This document shows positions 15,660-28,761 of a stretch of 248,000 bases of DNA, in pieces. This DNA comes from Octopus vulgaris (lineage: Eukaryota), in contig OX597817.1 in the NCBI GenBank assembly GCA_951406725.2, positions 87,812,001-88,060,000 on the forward strand. The letters are read 5' to 3'. A program made the position numbers and the translations under genes. Within the stretch, counting starts at the first letter, position 1. Each line of letters opens with the position of its first letter. The notes beneath the pieces are model-generated. The model did not search any database. It saw only the letters and a list, made by a program, of their open reading frames with translations, and was not told where the DNA came from.

Positions 15660-16580
15660 TACTGTTTATGTTAGTCGGACTGGTGTCCCCATTTTGATTG
15701 TTGCTTTCACTACATTCTGGTTGTTGTATGCTTCAGCCTCCTTCAAGTGTCTTCTATTAAACTCAGTTGTTTTACTGGAATTTCAAACCTAACCTTTTAT
15801 TTGTTCTACAGAGGTACATTGTTCTCATACTATACTCTGTGTTTTGTAACTTCTTTTTTTGTTGCTTCAGTTGATTTTTTTTGTGAATTACCTTAGTGGG
15901 ATTGAACTCAGAATCCCTAAGTGACTGCAACGTTTTTATCTACTATGCTATAGCCATTCTGAGTTCAGTCCCAGTCAAGGCACTGAGGTAATTCACAAAA
16001 AAATCAACTGAAGTAAACAAAAAAAAAAAGAAATTGCAGGAGACGCAGAGAGCAGAATGACATCATTGTATCCTTGTGAATCAAATACAGCAGTGATTCT
16101 CAACCAGGGTCCAAATGTCCCCTGAGGGTCCATATAAGATAGGGGGAGGTGAGGGTCTATGCAACAAAATAGTAAATTGGGGATCCACAATAGCATTTCA
16201 AGGTTCCCTGAAAAGATTTTGCTTTCTTTAACATTTGACATAGTTCAACCTACGCAAGTTAATGTGTGGAAAACGATATAGGAATTTTGAAAGAAGTTTC
16301 TATAAGACTGTATTGAGTGGCTATGGAGATCCACCTGAATGAAATAGTAATAAAAGGGTTCCATAGATAAAAAATGGTTGAGAACCTCTGAAACAGAGGG
16401 TTAGGTTCGAAATTCCAATACAACTGAGTTCAACACAAGACACCTGAAGAAGGGTGGAGCATTCAATGGCTGAAACATAGTGAAAGCAACAATCAAGATG
16501 AGGACACCAGCCTCACTAATACAAGCAGTATATACATATAAATAAATTCCTCATCTCAGAAATATAGAATTATATTATGG
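15660..16580. mobile_element. Fold-back tRNA-headed element with PLE-type HHR-like tail, interrupted by a MITE
   Basis: 15660-15800 is the reverse complement of 16395-16570; tRNA-like A/B boxes on the - strand at 15895-15955; CTGAAGA..GAAA core at 16444-16475. Confidence 0.6.
16091..16390. mobile_element. hAT-like MITE
   Basis: TIRs cagtgattctcaacc / ggttgagaacctctg; related copy at 192253-192564. Confidence 0.6.
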
Positions 16581-17427
16581 ACATTAAATGATGATCATCA
16601 TCATTATGATCATTCAACTCACTTGAACATTAATACTCTGTCAGACTTGTTCATTCATATACCCTCTTGCAGGAAAATTAGTGCTTTATTTGCTACTAAC
16701 AGTATCGCCCAGCATTGCTCGGGTTTGTTTCGACCCTTTAGAATTGGAATTTTTGAAAAGTAAAAATTTTGCATTATGTAGCTTGTTATTCTCTTTAATT
16801 GAACATTTTTCTGGTCGAAATACACCGAAAAATGGCAACATAACTGTCAAAAAATCATAAAAAATGGGGATTTTCATAGACAAAAAAGCACCTTTTTGAT
16901 GTAAATAATTTTGGGTCTTAACATGAACCAATTTGAATTTTATCCTCTATGGAATGAAGAGCAAGCCTTCTTCTATCATACTCTCAATTTTGGTCAACTT
17001 GAGCTGCAGGGTCTCGGAGGAGATAGTGTTAGTTGAAGGCTACCAAACCTGTCACACACACACAGACAATTTCAGCTTTATATATATAGATTTAAGTCTT
17101 GAGTGACATAAATTCTACAATATGGTTTGAATAACAACCTCAGGTCTACCAGCTTGGTAAGCTTGAGAAAGAAAGCAATGTGAAATTTCTGAAAATGTGA
17201 AAAGAGTATCACCAATGGGCAAAGAGTTTAACAGTTATCAGTAACGAGTATTTTTCCCTCTGATATTTCGGTATACGTTGTTACTTCATTATCAACAAAA
17301 GAAAGCTGAATGTGTGTCTGTCATTTCAAGTTATATGTTTAGCTTTAGAACATCACATAAATATCTTTATCGTTTAATCAAATTAATTGTTGCCACAGCA
17401 TAAAACTATTTCATGCTTATATTGCAG

Positions 17428-17489
17428 TTTCGTTTAATGCACAAGTTTCAACTGGAGGTTCCAAAATACTGGATGCGATATTCTGAAAA
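17428..17489 (+). CDS. TBC1D32: TBC1D32 exon
   Basis: ttgcag/gtgagt; FRLMHKFQLEVPKYWMRYSEK; phase 0-2. Confidence 0.88.
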
Positions 17490-17662
17490 GTGAGTATTAA
17501 AATATATATGTTAGTTCAACTATCAAAGGTATACTGTTACAGCTGGTGGATGTAGTGAGCAACTTGTTGCTATAATCAGTGAGGGGTATCAGATTCTCAT
17601 AAATGAAGTGATGCAGGACTAGGTACATGGGGATATACTGTGATACAAAACTATATATATAT

Positions 17663-17723
<61 letters not shown>

Positions 17724-17999
17724 TACATATATACACACACATACATATATATATACACACACACACACATGCACACACACTCATATATATATATATATAT
17801 ATCACCATCATCATCATTTAATGTCCATTTTCCATGCTGGCATGTGTTGGATGATTTGACTGAAAACTGGTAAACTGGGGGAGCTGCACCAGGTTTCAAT
17901 TTGATTTGGCGTGGTTTCTACTGCTGGATACCCTTCCTAATACCAACCACTCCAAGAGTGTAGTAGGTGCTTTTTATGTGTGCCCAGTACATGTGCTAG

Positions 18000-19863
18000 T
18001 AACAAAAACACCATGACTAGGATCTCACTTGGTTTGACAGGTCTTCCCAAGCATGATGTCTTGCCAAAAGTCTCAGTCACTTGTCACTGCCTCCATGTGG
18101 ACCAAAGTTTGAATGGTGCTTTTTACAGGCCACTGGCTTGGGTGCCAGTTACATAACACTAGCATTGACTATGACTGCAATTCCACTTGGCTTGACAGGT
18201 CTTCTCAAGCACGGCATATCGCCAAAGGTTTTGATCACTTGTCATTGTCTCCATGAGGCCCAACATTCGAAGATCATGCTTCATCACCTTGTTATATGCC
18301 TTCCTGGGTCTACCTCTTCCACAGGTTCCCTCCACAGTTAGAGATCAGATTTCTTTACACGGTTGTCCTCATCTATACACATTACATTACTGTACCAGTG
18401 TAGTTGCCTCTTATGCCCAACTTTTCTCTCAAGATGCTTATACTCTGTTGTACATGCACACTGACAATGTACATCCAGCAAAGCATACTAGTTTCACTTC
18501 TTTCATGCCTTCACATTTCCTCGGTGATCACTGCCTTTGTAGCATGTCTCTTTGGACACAGACATTGTACAATCTGCCTTTCACTCTGAGGGAGATGCTC
18601 TTTGTTACCAACAGAGGTAGGAGCATTCTGAACTATGCCCAGCCTATCCTTATTCTTGCAGCTATGCTCTTGGAGCATCCACCTCTGCAACTAACTTGGT
18701 CACCTAGGTAACAGAAACTATCAACTACTTCTAGTTTTTCCCTTGGCATTTGATGGTGTCATTTTTAGTGTTAATTATATCTGTGCACTTCTTATGTGTT
18801 CATAGCTTACACCAGTTACATATTATGGAGTTACTACCTACACATTTTCTACAGATTGAGCAGAGCCATCTATCTGAAGGGATTTGTGATTTGTCAGCTC
18901 TCTTACTGACTAAGACTTTGGTCTTTGCTAGATTAACTGATTTAGCTAGACCTTGCTTCCACACATGAAATTTCTTCTCTAGTTCTAGTATTGATTCAGC
19001 TATCAAAACAAGGTCATCAACATAGAGGAACTCCCAGGGGCAACCCATCTTAAATTCCTCTCTTATTGCCTGGAGAACTGTGATAAACAAGAGGGGGCTG
19101 AGGATTGATCCTTGGTGAACTCCTACTTGTACCCTGAATTCCTCACAATACTCATTGCTAACCTTCACCTTACAGACAGCATCCTTGTACATGATTTGTA
19201 CAACTCTCACCAACCACTCATTTATTCCTAGCTTCCATATTGACCACCAGATAAGGGATCAGGAGACTCTGTCAAAGGCTTTCTCCATGTCAACATTTGG
19301 TTAAATATTTCTCCTGCAGGAATTTACCACCAGTCATGCTCCTGCCTGGCACAAATCTGAACTGCATTTCATCTACACTAATTCTCTCTCTAATTGAGAT
19401 ATGACCTCTGTATGACTTTCATCACCTGGTATGTCAGTTTGATGCCTCTGTAATTATTCCTATCTAAAGTGTCAGCTTTGCCTTTGTAGCAGTTGATTAT
19501 GATGCTGTTACACTAATCATTGTGTATGACTCACTCATGGACAACCTCATTAACTATACAGGTGACTAAGTTATATCCTACTCCACCAGATATTTTAAGC
19601 ATCTCAGTGGAAATTCCTGATGGGCTAGTGGCTTTCCTTGTCTTTATGTCCTTAATTATTTATCTACTAAGTTACTGTCAATTCAGATAGCTAGTCCTTT
19701 TGTTGGTTCAACAATTAGCAGACTCTCCTTTTTCCATTCATTCTCTATATCTAGCAACCTTTCATAATGGCATTTCCAAGACTCTTTCTTTGCAGAATCA
19801 TTAAATGCAAGTGTACCATCATCCATACAGACACATTTGTATGTACATATATGCATATGTATG

Positions 19864-19870
<7 letters not shown>
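18000..19870 (-). mobile_element. Degenerate RTE LINE
   Basis: GVHQGSILSPLLF..CPWEFLYVDDLVLIAES RT motifs. Confidence 0.85.
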
Positions 19871-19909
<39 letters not shown>

Positions 19910-20002
19910 ACTATAAATAAGGGTGTCTACCTTTGTATGGTATTTTTTCCCATGCTAGCCACTTGATAATATCGATATTCAAACATCGATATTATCCTTA
20001 TT

Positions 20003-20051
<49 letters not shown>

Positions 20052-20329
20052 TTATAGGTATGTATATAAGTTTGTATATATGTATACACACACATGCATG
20101 TGTGCACTCACGCACACACACACTCACGCTCACACACACACACTCACACTCACACACACACACTCACACACAGAAGATGTTGAGCCTCTAAGAGATGATA
20201 GGGTACTGAAATGAGCTATGGTTGACCAACATCCCTGTGCCCACTCTCAAGATGGCTGTACATAAGGAGTTTTGGTATTCTTTCGTTACTCATTCTGATG
20301 ACATGGCCAACACAGTGTAATTGTGATTG

Positions 20330-22300
20330 CATAAGGAAGCTTTCAATTCCACCAATCTTACACTTGCTAAATGGGTTGACATTAGAAATTTGTCTTTTAA
20401 TAAATAACCTCAGATTCTCCTCGGAGAGCCTTTGTGGAAGATGTCTAGTTGGTTAATGTTTTGTCTATAGAGTATCCACAATTCTGAGCCATACAAGAGA
20501 GTAGTAAGAATGGCTGCTTTATAAACTTTGGTGTCAAGTTTGATGCCCCTTTCATTCCATAGGCAATTACAGAGTTTGCCAAATGCATTGGTTGCCTTTG
20601 CAAGACAGTTGACAATTTCATCATCAAGGGAAGCACTTGAGTTCACTTTACTACCAAGATATGTAAATGACTTTGCATAATGTAGGTTTTATCCCATCAA
20701 CCTGTATAGGAGGGTCAGGAAAATTGTGAATCAGTGGCCTCTGCTTGACATCTCAACTTTGTTTAAAAGTAGGGCAAGTTTGGTGGATTACTTCTGTCTT
20801 CTTTATGCTGATGGTCAAACCAAAGGTTTTATATGCAGCAGAAAACCAGTCCAGAAGTTCCTGAGCTTCTTCTAATGAGGTCACTACTTTCAAAAAGTAG
20901 ATCATGAATAATACTGGTGTGTAGCAGTGTTCTGGTTTTTAAATGCTGATGATTGAATAGTCCACCACTTGTTCAAAACTGGAATTTAACACCACTTTGT
21001 ATGTTGCCAAAAGCATACCTCAGCATCACTGAAAAGAAGAGTGCAAACAAAACAGGAGCCATAACACAGCTTTGCTTTGTGCCATTTGTAATGTTGAAGG
21101 AAGCCAAAGATTCCCCACTGGACACAACAGTAGCCTTCATTCATTCATGAAAGATGATAACATTCAACATCTTGTCAGGTATACCAAGCTTTTTCAGAAC
21201 CTTCCATAGTGCTTGCCAGTTAACAGTGTCAAAAGTATTAGTAAGGTCAATGAATATCATGAGGTTTTCTCCTATACCTTCTCCATGACCTGTTGAAAGG
21301 AAAAGATCATGTTGATAGTACCACAACCAGAGGGAAATCAACACTGTAATTCTAGATAGATATCATTTACAATGTGTTTGATGATCCTGTCAAGAATGAG
21401 TTGAACAAGAATCTTACCAGCAATAGACAGAAACAATATCCCATAATGATTATCATATACATTTCTGTTTCCTTTGTTCTTATAAAGATGTTGAATTGAG
21501 GCATCCTTGAAGTCCTGTGGTACACAGCCTACCATCCAAATATTTATGAAGTGGTCATGCAGTTTCTTAAAAAGCTTCTGTCTATCATGCTTGTAGATTT
21601 CAGGAGGGACAGCATCCCTGCCAGGTGCTTTACCAGAAGAGATCTATTTAATAGAGTTTACCACTTCTAGGAAGGCTGGCTCCAGAGATGGTTCCAGTAT
21701 TTCAGTGTGCTGTGGAATAGACATTATGACATGCCATCATAAAAGGCTTTAGAATCCTTTCTGTCTGCAGCTTCTTTGAGATCGGTAGCCTTAGAAGACC
21801 ACCAAGCCTCCTTCATCTGTCTCAGAGCACATTGGACCTGGCCTCTGCATTTCTTGTAAACATTCTCTTTTCTGGATGAGCTCTTCTCATTTATCCATGT
21901 TTTGTGAGAGTTGTGCATTTTATCTAGCAACTGTTGGAAATCTGTGTTGTTATCGCTGAACCAATCTTGATGTTTACAAACAGGAAATCCAAGAACCTCT
22001 ACAGATGTAGAGTGTGTTGCATCATGCAGAGCCTTCCAAGATGATTCTATGTCATCATTGATATAAACAGTGATGAGTGCAGTGTCCACCTTGATAGAGA
22101 GCTCAGCCTGCTTTTCAAGTTTTAATGCACTTAGGCACTGATGACTTTTGTAGTCCTGCGTGTTTCAGATGGAACGTAGCCTTACTATAGACAAGAGAAT
22201 GGTCAGAAAGATAGCAGATGTCATGAAAGGAATGTGTAATGTTAAAGTTCCCAATATCTCATTTCTTAGTGATAACATGGTCTATGAGATGCCAATCCTT
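20330..22300 (-). mobile_element. Degenerate RTE/BovB-like LINE (second family)
   Basis: CKHQDWFSDN, KGNRNVYDNHYGILFLSIAGKIL, FIDLTNTFDTVN, AKATNAFGKL..W motifs over several frames. Confidence 0.8.
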
Positions 22301-24404
22301 AGATCTAGGATGCACCTAGATCATCTTGTGACAATTTCACTGTTGCAATTTCCCCTTAATATATGAAATTAAATACATCAAATTTAAAATATAAATATAA
22401 ATGTAGATATAAATAAAATAAGATAACAGTATATTACATATATACATTTTGTTGGATGGCTATTGACTACCAATGAGTTCATCCGCAGAGGAACCTATAT
22501 ATATACATCCATAAATATATACATGTGTGTGTGTATGCATACATATACATGTATGTATGTCTTGAAAATCTCTAAGAAAACTGGAAATATGAGTTCAAAA
22601 TAACCAAAATTTGAAATGAGTCTGAATGAAATACTGCATATTTAATTCTTTATTGCCCACAAAGGGCTAAACATAGGGGGGACAAACAAGGACAGACAAA
22701 GGGACTAAGGTGATTACATTGACCCCAGTGCGTAATTGGTACTTATTTAATCGACCTCGAAAGGATGAAAGGCAAAGTCAACCTCAGCAGAATTTGAACT
22801 CAGAACATAGTGGCAGATGAAATGCCACCAAGCATTTCACCCGGCATGCAAATGATTCTGCCAGCTCACCGCCTTCAAATATTGTATACTATGAAATTAA
22901 TATACTGCACAGAAAGTATCTTAAAAAAAATACAAAAATATGAGGTTTAAGTATTACATTTAAAATTTTTGACAATGCCATGTATTTTATGGAAAATTCA
23001 AATAATTTCCCAAACAAATTTTAACTTTCCATTCCATGTGATAACATTACCTTCCTTAGAATAGTAACTGGAACAAATGTGTGTATGCAATTTTTTTTTT
23101 TTTTGTTTAATTCTCAAAAATTCTCACTAGGCAAAATTTTCAGGTGAGTTTTGTTTTTATTCTGTTTACATGTTACAACATTATTGTGTATCAGGTAAAT
23201 ATAACAACTTAATTTGATTTCTTTTGTTGTAAACATATAGGCTACATATTTTTCAGGTGTTTTCAGACAGTACAGTAGTTACATTTTTTTCTCTTTCCAT
23301 CATACTGAAAATATCTATCTTTGTATCTATCTTATATATATAATTTTCAGAAATTCCCTATGATCCCAGTTCGAAGAGATATTTTCTGCCAAAATACTTC
23401 TGTGCAAACATATCAATCAATACATATTTAAAACATTTTTTTTCTTTTCTCCCCATTCTCTCTGTCACCTCTCTCTCTCACTCCAGATATGCATGTGTAC
23501 ATATATGTATTGTGTGTATATAGATATATGTATATATTGTATGCATGTGTAGATATACGGGTGTATACATATATAAGTATACACATATCCTTCCATCTCT
23601 ACTAGGATTGTTTCTGTACATGATGCATCTCTCTCTCTTCACATCTTTCTCAATCTAATGTGTATATAAATATATGTGTATATATGAGGGAAAGGCAAAA
23701 ATTATACACACTCTTGCTTTTTCAATGTATCTACACAAAAGCAGGAGATTAACAAATACAGCATTTTTTCTGTATAGTCTCCTTCTTTTTTGATGCATTT
23801 GATCCAGTGGTCCACAAGCTTGTATATTCTCTCCAAGCAGGTGTAGTGGTCTATATTGCTAAATAGTTGAATGATCTCCCTTGCAAGAAAGATTATAGAG
23901 TAAACTCCCTTTACTAAATTTCTCGAAGCATCTGTGTCATGAGAAGGGATTCTTAATTATTCAAGAAGCTTAGCATTTCTCTTGGAGGTTTCTAGAATGT
24001 CTAGTGTTCCATTAATAAAAACAGCTTGCTAACCCTGCTCTTCGCTTCTTAGTCAATTAGACTTAGTGCCATTCATGTCATTGCTATGTCTGTCTATTTC
24101 TCTATGCCACATGACTGAAAATCACTACTTAGCTGTTATTTCTACATTTTCTGTCTCTGGACTTTCTTGTATAGATTACTTCATTCAACAAGATTCTACA
24201 TTTTGATTATGTATCATCATCGGCCAGTAAATAAAATATATTTTTATGTAGTAAATATATAAGTTCTTGAATTGATCTTTCATCTCTATATGAACTCTTG
24301 TAATAATATACATGCAGCCACATCAACACCTTGTACTGACTATTATATCACTACAAAGGTTTTCAGTTAGTTGTACAACTATTTATGCATTGCTTCTTTC
24401 ACAT

Positions 24405-24412
24405 CTTCATCC

Positions 24413-24443
<31 letters not shown>

Positions 24444-25375
24444 ATTTGGCTCAAAAGCAAATAGCAAGGCCATGTAGGGGGACATGGAGTTAAGTACAGG
24501 GTGGTGTTCATGTAAAGAGTTCAGGCCACTTGAGGTCCAGGGAGGCTTTGAACAAAGCGGTCATCGGCATCTTCACCATCTCGTCTGGCAGCTTGTTCCA
24601 CGGATCCGCAACCCGGACGGAGAAAGCTCCTCTCCTTCGATTGAGATGAAATCGTCGCAGGTAGAGCTTTTCGGAATGAGCCCGCAGCCGACGCTCCGGA
24701 GCAGGAGTGAAGAACAGCTCTTTCGAGAGGTTACACTTCCCGCTTATGATGTTGTGGGCGAGAATGAGATCACCACGGCGGCGGCGTTTTTCAAGAGAAC
24801 AAAGGTCGAGCGTCCTCAGCCTTTCTTCGTAGGACAAATTTTTGAGACCATGAACCATGCGGGTAGCCAGCCTCTGGACTCTTTCGAGGTGCTGTATGTC
24901 TTTGAGGAGATAAGGAGAAGAGGCTTGAATCCCATACTCCAATATGGGTCTCACCAGCGTGACATAGAGTGGCAGGAATATGGCTGCTGTGAGCATTCCG
25001 AATGACCGTCGAATCAAAAACAGAATTCCGCGCGCTTTGTTGGCAGCATGGACGCACTGGGCCGAAGGCGAAAAGGAGGAATCCACCAAGATACCCAGGT
25101 CCTTTACCTGATCGGTCCTCTCCAGCAGCAGACGACCCGGCTCGAAATCAAGTTGAGTTGCAGGAGTAGAGCCGACAGGCAGATGACAGCACTTTGACAC
25201 GTTCAGACACAGGTCCCAATCGTTAGACCACTTCCAAATTTGGTGGAGGCATCGACGAAGATCCTCTATACTACCGCGAGGAGCGACCAGTTTGATATCG
25301 TCGGCAAATAGAAGGGTGTGTTGCGTGAGGTCGTCGGGCAAGTCATTTATGAAGACTAAGAACAACAGGAAATTG
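24405..25375 (-). mobile_element. 5'-truncated CR1-clade LINE, intact RT C-terminus, (TAAC)n tail
   Basis: ORF 24508-25527: LLFLVFINDLP..LFADDIKL..VKDLGILVD..RPILEY..RRRGDLI..FSVRVADPWNKLP; (gtta)n at ~24417-24445. Confidence 0.92.
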
Positions 25376-28300
25376 ATGACCTCAATAACAATCTTAGAGT
25401 GGTCTAAAGATATGATAGTTGGAAGGAGTGAGATCTGGGCTGTAGACAAGGTGTTCCAGCCCCTCAAAACCCAATTTGTTAATGGTTTCAACAGTCTGGT
25501 TAGCTGTGTGTGGGCGTGCATTGTCATACAACAAAACTTTCTTCAACAATAGCCTTTGAGGTTTGGTGTGAATTGCTTACTTCAGTTTATTGGCCAGCAA
25601 AGCGCTGTATCTTGCATTGTTGATTATACACCTCTTTTCCAGAGAAATCAGATCACTACTCTTTGTTATTCTTTGGTACGCATTGCTAGTGGAGTGGCCA
25701 TACTTATACTATATAGCCAGAAAGAAAAATGATGTGATCAGACTCAAACTTCGACCATGTGACCACATTAGTACCAACTATAAGCACACATGCACAGAAG
25801 GCAGTGTGACAATAGATAAAGATATGTTATGATGAAAGTGCAGATAATGTTTGACTTCCTCTTGTACATATAGACATATATTTATCCTTCCATATATTTA
25901 TCCTTCCAACAGGATTGCTTTGTACTCATTCTTCACTTCTTTCTCTCTCTCCTCTCTCTCAGCCTATTCACCCTAACCCTTCATGCACTCCATTCCTTCC
26001 CCATTTACCTTCCTCTCCCTTCCACCCTCCCCATTCCATTTACTCTTCTCTCTGTCTCAACTTACATTCCTACCTCTCTTTCCCCTCACATATTCATTTG
26101 CTCACCTTTTTCACCCTTCACTTTCACTCCTCCCTCAACCTCCACCGGCTCCCTTCTTTCACCCTCCACTTGCTCCCTTCTCTCTCCCTTCATTTTCTCT
26201 CCTCTTTTGCCCCTGCTCTCCTTTCTGTCTCAACTTACTCTCCCCCTCCCACTCCTAATATTCCCATCATTCTCTCTCTCACTCTCACTTGCTCTCTCAT
26301 TTCACTTTCTGCACCCATAAACAAATCACCCATATATATCCACACATCACAGAGGAGGAGGTAAATAGGGTAGTGACGATGTCAAGAAACTGGAAGACTA
26401 CTGAGATAGAATTGTTTCGCAGAGCTGGGGTGGATTGCCAAATATGATTCACCCAACAACCTTATTGTAGCAGCCCTGAAAAGCAACAGATTTGTCAGCT
26501 CCATGGTGCAAATAGGGCAGAAAAAAAATGAATTTATTTGCTCCTATGCACTCATCAGGGCACAATTGGATTAACTGGATACCATTTTTAAAAATGGTGA
26601 ATCTCCAAGTGAAACACCTGACACAAAGAACATTACCAATGTTGAAACCACATGTGGAAAGCTCAATAACGAAAGTAACAACAAGGCAGCCATTAATGAG
26701 GATATTTATGTTCACAGAGATGAAGAAATTGACAAAAGAAGGAAAATGAGAGCTCTTTAAAAAAGATAGCCCCCAACTCCACCTCTCAAAGTAGCAGAGA
26801 AGGTAAAGGAACCAACCAAAAGCTTAATGGAACAGAGTTCAGAGCCAAAGAAAAACCACAGAAAGAAACAGCAAAAGAAACAAAATGCTACAAGAAGTAC
26901 ATGACATCTGTAAATACCATCTAAAAGTTGTCTGCTGGAATGGAGAGATAGAGATGAAATTCCACTTTGCACATCGAAAGTTCAGACAGAACAGAACCCA
27001 AGGCAAAAAGCACTCTCTCCTTATCCAACAAGATAGGGTAAAACCATGCACAGATGAACTTGTATCCCAATACAGACTTGCAGTGAAGAAACCCACTAAA
27101 AAACTGTATGCAGCTTCAGTGCAAGCTGCAACCATAGAACAGCAGAATTTTTTTTAAGTGTGGCACAAAAGATGGTGCAGCAGCTGGCATGGTTGCAAAC
27201 AAAGCTAAGCTGTGCACACCCAAACACAATACTGCCATAGATAATAAACCTAGGATGTCTACCATTGCTGCAAAGCCAACCATCACACCTATTCTTCTGA
27301 TCAAACAACAAAACAACAGCAAGTGCAAAATTGCATACCTGAGGGATCTTTTTGCATGCAATCAAGATATATGCATTGCACTTAGGGAGATATATCTGTC
27401 TGCAGATATAAATGATGTAGAGATACATGTACCAATGTATGCTGCATTCTGTGCACAGAGAAGAAAATGAAGTCATAGCAGAGTTGCATTGTAAATCCAT
27501 GAAGATGTGATACTACTAACCCTGTTATCACATTCAAATTCAGTCTGTGACACACTCATAGTGCATTCAAAGCAATTTGATATAGTAATATGCACAGTGT
27601 ATCACCCACTCCATGGGTGATACACTGTGCAAATCACAATGGTAAATTTGAGGAGCAAAACACATTCATCTAGCCTTGAGGAACAAAACTAGATGAATGT
27701 GTTAATGTACTTCTGATGGGTGATTGCGACTTCCCCAACATCAGAGGGCCAAAAGGCAACTTAATCTCAGGAATGACACTCAAAGAGCACAATCAAGCAA
27801 TAACTCTACTTGATTCCATGCAATGCTGTTCATAGCACAAACCATACTCTCCCCAACCACAAACAATAAGATATTGGACCTCTACTTCACCAACAATGTA
27901 GAACTTTCCACAATTTGAAGATATCGCCAACAATCTTCTCAGACCAAAACATGATACAACCAACGATGCATGGTCCAGAACTAAATAATGATATATTCCA
28001 CACAGATGCCACCCAACCCCTATCAAATCTGAAGTTTTAGAAGGCTGACCGAGAATCAATTGAAAAATAGATACTTCAGCAAAATTGGCAAAAAAGTCTC
28101 TATGCAAGACATTGATATGAAATTTAAAGAATTCATGTCAATGATGTGAGCCCTATACATTAAATTTGTCACAGGCAAGAGAGCCTACATACAAAAACAT
28201 CATTCCTCAAGACAGAAGAGCTCTTTATGAGCTGAGGAATAAAGATCTCCAATCACTTAAGCAGCTTAATGTCAGTGAGAAATTCCTCCTCAAAGAACAT

Positions 28301-28727
28301 TCTTAGAGATCGAAAATAAACTCAGATTCTCTCTTAAAATATGAAAATGAATTTTAAAGCCTTCCACAAGTTTGTGTGTGTGCGTGTGTGTGTGTGTGTG
28401 CTTGTGCGTGTGTTTGTTTGTGTGTATGTCAGAGTCAGTGCATGAACTGGGAATCCACAGAAAGGATTATTATTTGTTAGCTAGTTAATCAATTGACTAT
28501 TCACTTGCTTGATTAATTGTTTGATCAATCACTCAACCAACCAATTTCTTAGAGAGCTTTCATCACCATTCACAACTACATCAATTATATGACATAGTAG
28601 TTACTCCAGATCAAATGATCAATCAAGCAATCAAGTAGTTAATTGGTTTACTAGTTGACTAATAATAATTAAAAGAAGAGAGTGTGTACATTTCTTATAG
28701 ACCAAATGACCCTCCCAAGACACAACT

Positions 28728-28761
<34 letters not shown>

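Noticed and set aside
24484-25005. 173-aa + strand ORF
   Set aside because: Antisense shadow of the CR1 RT frame
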